A stretch of 64,000 nt of DNA, taken from positions 2,528,001-2,592,000 of the forward strand of contig CAWDML010000001.1 in assembly GCA_963803435.1 (NCBI GenBank), in the 5' to 3' direction. The DNA comes from an uncultured delta proteobacterium (lineage in GTDB: Bacteria; Myxococcota; Kuafuiibacteriia; Kuafuiibacteriales; Kuafuiibacteriaceae). A program made the position numbers and the translations under genes. Position 1 is the first letter of the stretch. Every line of letters begins with the position of its first letter. Positions 14,226 through 23,459 of this stretch are shown here, in pieces. Under the pieces are notes generated by a model. It ran no database searches. It was not told the origin of the DNA and saw only the letters and a list, made by a program, of their open reading frames with translations.

Positions 14226-17200
14226 GTGCCGGGCACGATCGCCATCGGGTTGCTGGTCCTTCTGGCTGGTGCGAACCCGAGCTGGCCGGCGCCGGATCCC
14301 AACCTCGAGCCCGAGGCACTCTCGCGCCCCGGTGAGATGCCCGACGATCCTGAGTACCCGCCCGGAGCAGAGTGCACCGGACAGCTCGAGCTGTACTCGT
14401 TCACGCCGGCGTGCACACCCAATGTCGAGCATGCGGCCCTCGGCTCCGGCATCCACGCGGATCGTGCGTGGCTCCTGACCATCGGCCGGCCCGAGGTCAC
14501 CCTCGCCTTCGTGGGCGATGGCGCGGACTTCTCGGACCCGGATCTGATCGCGCGGTACCTGCTCAACCCGGGCGAGCTCCCGGCGCCCAGCACCAGCAGC
14601 ACGGCGCACGACGCCAACGGCGACGGCGCCTTCACGGTGCTCGACTACACCACCGCCACCGGTACGGTCCCGCCGACGATCGATCGCGTGAACGATCGGA
14701 CGTTGCTGGCCCGACCGGATCACGGCGATGCGAACGGCAACGGACTGCTCGACCCGGGCGACCTGATCGCGATCTTCTCGGACGGCGCCGACGACGACCT
14801 CGACGGCTATAGAGACGACATCGCCGGCTGGGACTTCCTCGATGACGACAACGATCCGAGCGATCCGTCGACGGCGGGAGCGAGCGAGGCCCGCCGCGCA
14901 GTGGCGGTCGCGAACAACGGGATCGGAGGTGCGGGCGTCTGTCCAGCATGCACGCTCCTTTCCTTGCGCGCCGGCAGCGGCGGGCTCGGCGAGGCCCACC
15001 GGATCGCCGTCGCGATCGCGTATGCGGTGGATCGAGGCGCGGCCGTGGTCGCGTCGTCGCTGGAGGCCCCCGATCACGACGAGTTCCTGGAGAGCGCCGC
15101 CGACTACGCGTTCGGGCGCGGGATCCCGCTGGTGGCCTCCTCCGGCGTCGGCAGCGCCGTCGCGCCCGCGATCGCCTGGCCGCCGGATCGGGTGCTCACC
15201 GCGGGCGGCCTTCGGTACGACCGGTCGGCGCTCAGAGACGCCACCACGGCGCTGGCCGCCGATCCCTGCGCGAGCTTCGGCCCGCGCCTCGACGTCTCTA
15301 CACCGACCCGCTGCGACACGGCCGGCGCCGGACTGGCGGCGGGCGTCCTCGGCTTGATGCGATCGGTCGAGCGCGGCGTCGCACGGCTCAACATCCCCGC
15401 GCTGGAGCGTCCCCTCGATGCGGCGGAGATGATGCTGATCGCCGCCGGCAACACCGACGACGCCTCCGGCCACGGATGGGATCAGCACACCGGCTTCGGG
15501 CGTCTCAACGCGCGGGCGGCGCTCGACGCCGTCATCCGGCGTCGCATCCCGGTGCCCGCCGAGCTGACGTCACCCGGATGGTTCGAGATCCTGGATCCCA
15601 CCGGGAAGGACACGCTCCCGGTGACCGGCGTGGTGATGAACCGGCGCTACGACCGCGCCACCTGGCAGCTCGCGTACGCGGTCGGGATCGATCCCGAAGA
15701 CGGTGAGTTCATCTCGCTCGGCACCGATACGGTGGCGAAGGACCAGGAGGGCACGATCAGCGGCGCCCTCCCGGCGCGCGGGCTGTTCGACGATCCGGCG
15801 GCACCTCCGGCGCGGGACGACGCCCTGGCGGTGACGATCCGTCTTCGTACCAGTGCGACCTCGGGCGGCGACGTGGTCACGGGCGAGATCAGACGGGTCG
15901 TGTTCGTCCAGCGCGACCTTCAGATCTTTCCCGCGTTCCCACTGGCGCTGCACGCGCGCCCCAGCTCACCGCGGATCACGGACCTCGACGGAGACGGCGC
16001 CACCGAGATCGCGATCGCGACCTCGCAAGGTACCTTGCATCTGATCGGTGTCCGCGGCGCAACCCGGCCGGGTTGGCCGCGGCGCGGGCCGGTGTGGTCC
16101 TTTCCAGCGTTGCACGGGGACGCCCCCGCCTTTCGGGACGGCGCGCTGGACTCTGGCGTGCGCGAGCCGTTCCTGGGCGCGGTGGCGGTGGCGCCCGGGG
16201 AGCTGGCGGCCGTCACCTCCGAGGGCTCGGTGCTCGCGCTCGATGCCGCCGGAGAGCTGCTGCCGGGCTTCCCGGTGCGGATCCCGCGCGGATCGCGCCC
16301 GATCGGGATCGCCGATGGCCCGGCGCTGGAGGACCTGGACGGCGACGGCGTGCTCGAGATCCTGATCCCGGACGGCGCGGGCGCGCTGCACGCCTTCACG
16401 GAGGGCGGCGGCGAGGTGACCGGCTTCCCCATCGACGTGGGTGAGCCCGTCGGTGCGCCCGCGATCGGCGATCTCGACGGCGACGCGCGCCCCGAGGTGG
16501 TGTTCGCGAGCGACGCGCAGCTGTTCGTCTTCCACTCGGACGGCTCGGCCCTCGAAGGCTGGCCGATCGCGATCGCCGACGGTCCGGCCGGGCCCCGCCC
16601 GCCCGCGCCGGTGCTGGCGGACACCGACGGCGACGGACGGCTCGAGATCGTGCTGGCCGCCCTGGGCCGCCCGCTCGCCGTGTTCAGGTCGGACGGAGAG
16701 GCGCTCGTGACGGCGGTGGCTGCCAGAGCGTTCGGACCCGGCTCGGACGTGTCGCTGACCGGCGCCCCGATCGTCGCCGCCGGTGAGCCGTCGATCGCGG
16801 ACCTCGACGGTGACGGGGGGCCGGACGCGTTCCTCTTCGCGCTGCCCGAGAACGACCTGGCCGGTCCGTCCCCCGGGGACGAGATCGAGCGCCTGGCCGG
16901 TGTCTGGTCCCTGCGCTCGGGCGGGTTCCTCGCGGCCTATCCCCGGCGCACGCATGATCCTTCCCGGACCTCGGCGGTCGCCGCCGACGTCGACGGCGAT
17001 CACCGCCCGGAGCTGATCACCGGCGACGGCCGCTACCGGCTCGCGGCCTTCTCGGTGAACGGACGCAGCCCGCCGCTGTGGCCCAAGCTGACGGGCGGGA
17101 CGGCGGACGGATCGCCGGCCGCGGGCGATCTCGACGGCGACGGCAACCTCGATCTGGCGGCGGCCACCCGTGAGGGGGCGCTGTTCGCCTGGCGCACACA

Positions 17201-17414
17201 GAGCGCGGTGGACGGCGTGGTCTGGGAGAGCGTCGGACACGACAACCGCGCCACGCGAAACGCCGCGACCTCCCTGTCCGTCCATTCGGCGCCCGCGCCC
17301 GGCCATGGATGCCGGTGCAGCGCCCGCGCCGAAGGCCGCAGCCCGCCCCTCGCCGGGCTGCTGCTGCTCGCGTGGGTGCGATTCGCGCAACGCAGACGGC
17401 GGCGAACCCGATAA
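14226..17414 (+). CDS. Secreted S8 (subtilase)-like protein with FG-GAP/VCBS repeats and MYXO-CTERM-like tail; catalytic triad appears lost
   Basis: Signal peptide; subtilase landmarks (GWDFLDDDNDP, NNGIGGAGV, GWDQHTGFGRLNA); many DLDGDG repeats; C-terminal GCRCS-TM-RRRR. Confidence 0.8.
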   Translation: MPGTIAIGLLVLLAGANPSWPAPDPNLEPEALSRPGEMPDDPEYPPGAECTGQLELYSFTPACTPNVEHAALGSGIHADRAWLLTIGRPEVTLAFVGDGADFSDPDLIARYLLNPGELPAPSTSSTAHDANGDGAFTVLDYTTATGTVPPTIDRVNDRTLLARPDHGDANGNGLLDPGDLIAIFSDGADDDLDGYRDDIAGWDFLDDDNDPSDPSTAGASEARRAVAVANNGIGGAGVCPACTLLSLRAGSGGLGEAHRIAVAIAYAVDRGAAVVASSLEAPDHDEFLESAADYAFGRGIPLVASSGVGSAVAPAIAWPPDRVLTAGGLRYDRSALRDATTALAADPCASFGPRLDVSTPTRCDTAGAGLAAGVLGLMRSVERGVARLNIPALERPLDAAEMMLIAAGNTDDASGHGWDQHTGFGRLNARAALDAVIRRRIPVPAELTSPGWFEILDPTGKDTLPVTGVVMNRRYDRATWQLAYAVGIDPEDGEFISLGTDTVAKDQEGTISGALPARGLFDDPAAPPARDDALAVTIRLRTSATSGGDVVTGEIRRVVFVQRDLQIFPAFPLALHARPSSPRITDLDGDGATEIAIATSQGTLHLIGVRGATRPGWPRRGPVWSFPALHGDAPAFRDGALDSGVREPFLGAVAVAPGELAAVTSEGSVLALDAAGELLPGFPVRIPRGSRPIGIADGPALEDLDGDGVLEILIPDGAGALHAFTEGGGEVTGFPIDVGEPVGAPAIGDLDGDARPEVVFASDAQLFVFHSDGSALEGWPIAIADGPAGPRPPAPVLADTDGDGRLEIVLAALGRPLAVFRSDGEALVTAVAARAFGPGSDVSLTGAPIVAAGEPSIADLDGDGGPDAFLFALPENDLAGPSPGDEIERLAGVWSLRSGGFLAAYPRRTHDPSRTSAVAADVDGDHRPELITGDGRYRLAAFSVNGRSPPLWPKLTGGTADGSPAAGDLDGDGNLDLAAATREGALFAWRTQSAVDGVVWESVGHDNRATRNAATSLSVHSAPAPGHGCRCSARAEGRSPPLAGLLLLAWVRFAQRRRRRTR

Positions 17415-17509
17415 TCTCACCGGCGAATCTGCACCTCCGTGCACCCGCCCGGTTGCAGCTGCACAGCAGGCTCGGGCACGCAGGGCTCGGATCCGAGCCA
17501 CGGGCGGGC

Positions 17510-17525
17510 TGGCACGGCGCTTGGA
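17510..17525 (+). promoter_or_regulatory. Possible sigma54 promoter in the intergenic region
   Basis: TGGCACGGCGCTTGGA: perfect -24 element, -12 element TTGG instead of TTGC. Confidence 0.4.
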
Positions 17526-17534
17526 TTGTCCGAG

Positions 17535-17689
17535 GTCGTTCGGGCGTCACCCCCAAGGTCATCCCACAAGGCCAGGAAGGCGAGATGAGGGAGGACAGGG
17601 GCGGATCGAGCTCGAACCTCTCTTTGGGAACGACGGTCCAGGAGCCTGTCCGTCAGCAAAGGATGCTGACGGGCAGGTCTCGTCCTTTT
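17535..17689 (+). ncRNA. Candidate small RNA (~150 nt, GGA-rich)
   Basis: Lies between convergent genes, behind a sigma54-like motif. Long imperfect stem (GTTCGGGC/GCTCGAAC, CCCC/GGGG, TCATC/GATGA), seven GGA motifs, terminal hairpin and T-run. Confidence 0.3.
17645..17677. terminator. Strong hairpin (likely intrinsic or bidirectional terminator) downstream of atpE
   Basis: CCTGTCCGTCAGCA-AAGGA-TGCTGACGGGCAGG, a 14-bp stem; TTTT follows at 17686-17689 on the plus strand. Confidence 0.65.
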
Positions 17690-17690
17690 C

Positions 17691-18029
17691 TCAGCCGACC
17701 ATCTTTCCGATGTAGCTCTGCAGCAGGTACGCGATCACCATCGCGAAGAGCACCAGCGACTCGGTCATCGCCAGTGCGATGATCATCGGCGTCTGAACCT
17801 TCGGGGCGGCCTGTGGGTTGCGCGCCATGCCCTCGAGGGCGGCCGCTGCGGTGCGGCCTTGGCTGAGCGCACCGCCGAACGTGCCGGCGCCCATGCAGAT
17901 GCCCGCCGCCAGGGCGACCAACCCCAGCTTGTTCGGCGCGCCCGGCGCGTCCGCGCCCTGCGCGAAGGCAGGGAGCGCGAGCAGCATCAGGGTGAGGGTG
18001 CTGAAAGTCGTGATCAGGTATTTCTTCAT
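17691..18029 (-). CDS. atpE: ATP synthase Fo subunit c
   Basis: GxGxxGxxxxQG helix, ARNPQA loop, carboxylate in AMTESL; N-terminal signal-like extension typical of deltaproteobacterial c subunits; GAGG RBS. Confidence 0.93.
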   Translation of the reverse strand: MKKYLITTFSTLTLMLLALPAFAQGADAPGAPNKLGLVALAAGICMGAGTFGGALSQGRTAAAALEGMARNPQAAPKVQTPMIIALAMTESLVLFAMVIAYLLQSYIGKMVG

Positions 18030-18134
18030 TTCTCTTAACCTCCGAGCCACCGCCGCCGACCCGGATGCGCCCTCTTCTCTCTCTCTACCATCCCACCATG
18101 CGCGAGGACCTGCGGCCGTTCTTCTCGTTTCTTG

Positions 18135-18959
18135 TCAGTGAGCGTGTGCCGGTTCCTCCCCGTGGTGCGCGTGCGCTTCGGCGTGCGCCTGGAGATGGTG
18201 CTCGATGTTGGCCTCGACCTCGCCGATGTAGACGCACGACAGCAAGATGAAGATGAACGTCTGTACGACCGCGACGAAGAGACCGAGCGCGACGAAGGGG
18301 AGCGGGACGAGGAACGGGAAGAGCCCCACGAACACGCCGAGCACCAGGTGGTCGCCGGCGATGTTGCACATGAGTCGGATCGACAGGCTGACGGGCCGGA
18401 CGCAGTGCGAGATCACCTCGACGGGGAAGAAGAGCGGCGCCATGAACCAGCCCCACCAGGCGCCGACCGGGTTCGCCATGTGCGCGAGGTGGCCCAGCCC
18501 GAGCTTCCTGAACGCGTAGAAGTTGTAGTACGTGAACGAGATCGTCCCGCAGGCGAAGGTGGTGTTGAAGTTCTCCGTGGGCGGCAGGAACCCCGGGATC
18601 AGGCCCAGAAGGTTGGAGAACAGGATGAAGAACGCCAGGGTCCCGATGATCCAGAAGTGACGGATCGCGGCCTGCCGGCTCATCGTGAACTGCATGAGGT
18701 TGAGGAGCGTCTCCATGATCAGCTCGACAACGTTGCGCGCGGTCAGCTTCTCGTCCGGCAGGATGTCCTTGGCACGTCGGAGCCCACGGCGGGCCGCCAG
18801 CGCCAGGCCGCCCATCAGCAGGATGACCAGCAGCATCGCGGCCAGGTGCTGGACATGGACGGGCTCGTAGAACAACCAGCCCGGCCCGAGGCGATCGACC
18901 CAGCGCTCGAGCGCGTGGTAGCCGGGAAAGAAGCTGAGCCAGGATTGATGCTCTGGCAT
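18135..18959 (-). CDS. atpB: ATP synthase Fo subunit a
   Basis: SNLLGLIPGF, EVISHCVRPVSLSIRLMCN (essential Arg), VQTFIFILLSCVY; His-rich tail. Confidence 0.95.
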   Translation of the reverse strand: MPEHQSWLSFFPGYHALERWVDRLGPGWLFYEPVHVQHLAAMLLVILLMGGLALAARRGLRRAKDILPDEKLTARNVVELIMETLLNLMQFTMSRQAAIRHFWIIGTLAFFILFSNLLGLIPGFLPPTENFNTTFACGTISFTYYNFYAFRKLGLGHLAHMANPVGAWWGWFMAPLFFPVEVISHCVRPVSLSIRLMCNIAGDHLVLGVFVGLFPFLVPLPFVALGLFVAVVQTFIFILLSCVYIGEVEANIEHHLQAHAEAHAHHGEEPAHAH

Positions 18960-18971
18960 GCGCCGAGGCGT

Positions 18972-19418
18972 CTAGCGCGTTTGAGGGCCGCTGTCTTCCA
19001 TTTCCTTGGCGATCAGGGCCTCCGCTCGGGCGATGGCGTCCTGCCCGGCCTTCGAGGCCGAGCCGCGGCTCGCGCCGACCACGGTGGCGACCAGGCCTAC
19101 CCCGATCCCCAGCACCAGGCCCAGCCCGGAGACGCCGTATCGATCGACGGCCACCCACAGGAGAGCCCCGACCACCGTCAGCTTCAGCACCAGGACGACG
19201 GTCATGACGACCTTGCGCGCCGCCGGCCGACCCGGCCTCATCAGGTCGCCGACCAGGTAGATCATGCCGCTGGCGTCGCCGATCGAGAGCATCGCTCCGA
19301 TCAGGGTCCCGACGGCGACCTCGAAGCCTAAGAGCAGCCACGTGAGGGCGAACGCGGACGAGACGACAATCAGCGCCACCTTGAGGACGTGCCGGAGAAT
19401 CACCTGGGTGAGCGTCAT
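18972..19418 (-). CDS. atpI: ATP synthase protein I-like (4 TM)
   Basis: Four hydrophobic helices, directly upstream of atpB; ATGA overlap with the preceding small gene. Confidence 0.7.
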   Translation of the reverse strand: MTLTQVILRHVLKVALIVVSSAFALTWLLLGFEVAVGTLIGAMLSIGDASGMIYLVGDLMRPGRPAARKVVMTVVLVLKLTVVGALLWVAVDRYGVSGLGLVLGIGVGLVATVVGASRGSASKAGQDAIARAEALIAKEMEDSGPQTR

Positions 19419-19642
19419 TCTTGCTCCAGCGCCTTCGCCGTCTTGAGGACGATCATCAGGCCGAGCGCGGACCCGATCGCGACGCCGAGGAACAAGAGCC
19501 AAGGGGACGTGCCGAGCTTCTCGTCCGCCCACCGGCCCCCGAGCAGCCCCGCGATGACCGCCACGCCGATCTCGATCCCGATCGAGCTCGCCCGCGCGAT
19601 CCCGCCCCGGTCCTGATCCGCGCCTCGGTTCCGACGGCCCAC
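19415..19642 (-). CDS. AtpZ/AtpI family small membrane protein
   Basis: SSIGIEIGVAV...GRWADEKLGTSPWLLFLGVAIG motif; GTG start estimated. Confidence 0.8.
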   Translation of the reverse strand: MGRRNRGADQDRGGIARASSIGIEIGVAVIAGLLGGRWADEKLGTSPWLLFLGVAIGSALGLMIVLKTAKALEQE

Positions 19643-19676
19643 GTCGAGCTTGGTTCGCGCCCTCGGACCGACCTGG

Positions 19677-20399
19677 TCAAGCCCCGAGCGCGCCCGCCCA
19701 CGAGAGCAGGATCGCCAGGGCTGCCGGGCCCGCGGTCTCGGTGCGGAGCGTCCGCGCCCCCAGGTCGCAGTCGAGAAAGCCGGCTCCCGACGCCGACGCA
19801 ACCTCTTCGTCGGAGAGGCCGCCCTCCGGGCCAATCAGGAGCTCGGCGTCGTCGGTGAGCGGATTCGCACCGGCGAGGCGCTGGCGCAGGGAGCGAGGGG
19901 CGCCGAGCGCCAGGACCAGCGGGAGCGTGGCGCGCGCCCCCGCGAGGATCGCGTCGAGGGGCGTCACCGGCGCGATCTCGGTCCGGTGGAAGCCTCCGGC
20001 CACCCGCAGCGCGTCGTCCGCGATGGCGCGCCAGCGATCGAGACGCCCCGCGCGCTCGGCCACGGTCCGCTCGGTGAGCACCGGGACGATCCGCGCCGCG
20101 CCCAGCTCGGAGGCCTGCCGGATCACCGACTCCATCTTGTCGCGCTTTCCCACCGCCTGGATCAGGGTGACGCGGAGGTGATCGCACGGCTCGAACAGGG
20201 GTGCCTCCACCTCGACCTCGACGCGCTTCTTGTCGATGACCGCGATCCGCGCGGGCGCGTGCACCCCCGCGCCGTCGACGAGGCGAAGCGGCTCGCCGGT
20301 GGCCGCGCGCAGCACCTCACGGACGTAGTGCGCGCCCGCGTCGTCGAGCAGGGCTCGGCCCGCCATGACCGAGCCCGCCGGCACGACCAGCCTCCGCAT
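19677..20399 (-). CDS. rsmE: 16S rRNA m3U1498 methyltransferase
   Basis: HYVREVLR, ELGA, LIGPEGGLS, LGARTLRTETA. Confidence 0.93.
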   Translation of the reverse strand: MRRLVVPAGSVMAGRALLDDAGAHYVREVLRAATGEPLRLVDGAGVHAPARIAVIDKKRVEVEVEAPLFEPCDHLRVTLIQAVGKRDKMESVIRQASELGAARIVPVLTERTVAERAGRLDRWRAIADDALRVAGGFHRTEIAPVTPLDAILAGARATLPLVLALGAPRSLRQRLAGANPLTDDAELLIGPEGGLSDEEVASASGAGFLDCDLGARTLRTETAGPAALAILLSWAGALGA

Positions 20400-21161
20400 T
20401 CAGCGGAAGCTAGGCGTGAATCGGTCGAGCGTCCAGCGGGTGATCGCCGGGAAGTGGCGCGCGAGCGCGTTGGCGTGGGGATAGATGACCCGGCGGCGGC
20501 CCTTGTCCACGGCGCGCACCACGCGCACCGCCACGCCGGCGGCGGTACCCACCGGCTGCATCGCCAGCGCCTTGTTGTGCGCGTACTTCTGCAAGCTGCG
20601 TTGCGCAAGGTCGGTCTCGGCGATGATGCCGGGGTAGACGGTGACCACCCGGATCGGCGTCCTGCGCAGCTCGCCGCCGAGCGCCTCGGAGGCAGCGGCG
20701 ATGCCGGCCTTGGAGGCGTTGTAGTAGAACATGCCGGGCGTGGGTGCGAGCGCGGCCATCGACGCGATGTTGACGATCGCGCCCTCGCCGCGGGCGAGCA
20801 TCCGCGGCAAGAGCGTGCGGATGATCCTCATCGGCGCGGTCAGGTTGACGGTCAGCGCCGCCTCGCAGAACGCGAGGTCGGCCTCGGCGGTGGGTGAGAC
20901 CGGCTGGATCCCGGCGTTGTTGACCAGCACGTCGATCGGTCCGAGCCGCGCCTCGGCCTCGTCGATCCAGTCGGCGGCCGTCTCGATCCGGGAGAGGTCG
21001 CGGACCACGACCTGGGTCTCGACGTCGAGCTCGGCGGCCAGCGCCTTCAGCAGGTCCTCCCGCCGGGCGATCAGGGTGAGGTTCGCCCCGCGCGCGGCGA
21101 AGGCCCGGGCGAGGGCGGCCCCGATCCCGGCGGAGGCTCCGGTGACCACGACGTGCTTCAT
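20400..21161 (-). CDS. Short-chain dehydrogenase/reductase
   Basis: TGASAGIG, NNAG, YNASK (YxxxK). Confidence 0.9.
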   Translation of the reverse strand: MKHVVVTGASAGIGAALARAFAARGANLTLIARREDLLKALAAELDVETQVVVRDLSRIETAADWIDEAEARLGPIDVLVNNAGIQPVSPTAEADLAFCEAALTVNLTAPMRIIRTLLPRMLARGEGAIVNIASMAALAPTPGMFYYNASKAGIAAASEALGGELRRTPIRVVTVYPGIIAETDLAQRSLQKYAHNKALAMQPVGTAAGVAVRVVRAVDKGRRRVIYPHANALARHFPAITRWTLDRFTPSFR

Positions 21162-21201
21162 CTGAGGAGGCTTACGCCTCGAGGCGGCGAACTTACCCCG
21201 C

Positions 21202-22432
21202 TCAGCGCGGATTGCTGCGGACGATCACGCGGTGCGCCTTGAGGCGGAGCGCGTTGATGTGGATGAACCCGGCCGAATCCGTCTGGTCGAAGCCGCCTGC
21301 GATGTCCATGCTGGACAGGTTCTTGTCGTACAGGGAGCTCGGGGAGGTGCGGCCGAGGGGCGGCGTTGCCCTTGTAGAGCGACAGGCGCACGGTGCCGTC
21401 GATCAGCTCTGCGCTCTTGTCGAGGGCCGCCGTGAGCGAAATCCATCTCCGGGCTGAACCAGAAGCCGTTGTAGATGATGGCCGAGTATTCGGGCGCCAG
21501 CATGTCGCGGAGGCGCTGGACCTCCTTGTCCATGGCGATGCCTTCGAGGTCGCGGAGAGCCGTGGTGGATGATGGTGCCCCCGGGCGTCTCGTAGATCCC
21601 GCGCGACTTGATGCCGACGAAGCGGTTCTCGACGATGTCGATCCGTCCTACGCCGTTCTTCCGCCCTGACTGGTTGAGGTACGTGAACAGCTCCAGCGGA
21701 TCGTTCTCCTTCTTGCCGTCATCGAGGTTGCGGACCCGATGGGGCCCGTCCTTGAAGTCGATCTCGAGGATCGTCTCCCTATCCGGAGCGTCCTTGGGGT
21801 CGACGCAGACGGTGAAGATGTCCTTGCCCGGACGTCCATCGGATCTTCGAGGATCCCCGACTCGTAGCTCTTATGCATGAGGTTCTCGTCGGTGCTGAAC
21901 GGCTTCTCGAGCGTGACCGGGACGTCGATGCCGTGCTGCTTGGCGAACGCGAATCAGATCGCTGCGCCCGGAGAACTTGGCGAGGAACTCGCGGATTCTT
22001 CCAGGGCGCCATCACCTTGATGGAGGGAGAGAGCGCGGCGTAGGCCAGCTCGAAGCGGACCTGATCGTTCCCCTTGCCGGTGGCGCCGTGCGACACCCAA
22101 CCCGCGTCCTCCTGGCGCGCGATCTCGATCTGGTGCTTGGCGATGAGCGGCCGCGCCAGGGAGGTGCCGAGGAGATAGCGGCCCTCGTAGATGGCGCGCC
22201 CGCGCAGGGCCGGGAAGATGTAGTCGGTGACGAACTCGCGCTTGAGATCGAGGACGTGCACGCCGTCGGCGCCGGTCTTCAACGCGCGGCGCTTCACGTC
22301 CTCGAAGTCGTCCTCCTGGCCGACATCCGCGATGTACGCGATGACGCGGAGGCCTTTGACCTTGAGCCACTTGAGGATGCAGCTGGTGTCGAGCCCGCCC
22401 GAGTAGGCGAGGACCACGGTATCGTCACGCAT
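21202..22432 (-). CDS. argG: Argininosuccinate synthase (several indels)
   Basis: [76 protein letters not shown] across frames. Confidence 0.92.
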
Positions 22433-22469
22433 GCCGCCCGCGTAACACCGGGCGCAGGGCTTGGCTACC

Positions 22470-23459
22470 TCAGTTGATGGCGTCGACGAGCTTCTGGATC
22501 TCCCCGAGCGCCTGCCGCGCGGAGTGGGCGCGGGCGAGCTCGGCCTCGAGCTTGGCGGCACGCGCCTCGAGATCAGCCCGCTCGTTCAGCACCATGTGCA
22601 AGCGCGCTTGCATCGCGTCGGCGTCCGCCTGCGCCGCGTCGAGCCCGCCGCGGAGGTCGGTCACCTGCGCGCGCGCGCGATCGAGCGCGCGATCGCGCTC
22701 CTCCAGCTGCGCCTCCATCTGCTGCAACAGGGCCACCTGCTGGGCGTCGAGCTCCTTGAGATCCGCGATGCAGGCCAGGGCGCGATCGCGCTCGACCGCC
22801 AGCGCCTCGGACTCCGAAAGCAGCTCGTCCGCCACGCTCTGACGCTCGCCGGCGAGGAGCTCCGCATGCACGCGCGCCTTCCGCTCGGACTCGAGGAGCT
22901 CCTGGGTCTCGCCCAGCTCGTTCCGCGCCACGTCGAGCGCCTTGATCAGCTCGGTGCGCTCGAGCCGTCCCTGATCGAGCTGGTCCCGGAGCGCCGCCAC
23001 CGTCTCGCGCACCCGGCTCGCGGTGGCCTCGGGCTCCGGCGGCTTCTCCTCGCGCCGACGATTGGCCGCCTCGAGGCGCGCCTTGAGCTCGGCGATCCGC
23101 GCCCGCCCCGTCTTCGCGAGCGCGCCCCCCGCCTCCACCTCCGGCAGCGGACGGGAAGCCACCGGGGCCCGCTCGGGCAGAGCCCGCGCACCCGGCTCCG
23201 CCCGCGGTTCGCTTGCGGCGGGGCGTGCGACCGGGGTCGGGGAGACGACCGGGGTCGCGACCGCCACCGGTGGAGGCGGGGCGAGGACGAGGCCCTCGTC
23301 GAGGGCGTGGGTCAGCGCTGCGTCGAGCTCGGCGTCGGCGCCGTTCTGGGGCGAGGGTGTCTCGGGCGCGTCCTCGGCGCCGTCGACCTCGGCGAGCATC
23401 GCGGCGAGGCGGGTGCGCGGCTTTCGCTTCGGAACGTTGGCGTCGAATCCAGACTTCAT
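22470..23459 (-). CDS. pomX: PomX-like scaffold/ATPase-activating protein (N-peptide, Pro/Ala-rich disorder, C-terminal coiled coil)
   Basis: N-terminus [18 protein letters not shown] resembles the M. xanthus PomX N-peptide as recalled (MKKAFEQNVSRAKPRLRL), with K13 and R15 conserved; ATGA overlap with pomZ. Confidence 0.82.
   Translation of the reverse strand: MKSGFDANVPKRKPRTRLAAMLAEVDGAEDAPETPSPQNGADAELDAALTHALDEGLVLAPPPPVAVATPVVSPTPVARPAASEPRAEPGARALPERAPVASRPLPEVEAGGALAKTGRARIAELKARLEAANRRREEKPPEPEATASRVRETVAALRDQLDQGRLERTELIKALDVARNELGETQELLESERKARVHAELLAGERQSVADELLSESEALAVERDRALACIADLKELDAQQVALLQQMEAQLEERDRALDRARAQVTDLRGGLDAAQADADAMQARLHMVLNERADLEARAAKLEAELARAHSARQALGEIQKLVDAIN

Noticed and set aside
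17535-17689. 6S RNA, SRP RNA or tRNA identity for the intergenic structure
   Set aside because: No SRP GGAA-loop consensus, no cloverleaf and no zapA/ygfA context; kept only as an unnamed sRNA candidate.
17585-17782. Small ORF MREDRGG... with GGAAGG upstream
   Set aside because: Runs through the terminator hairpin and antisense into atpE; no protein-like features.
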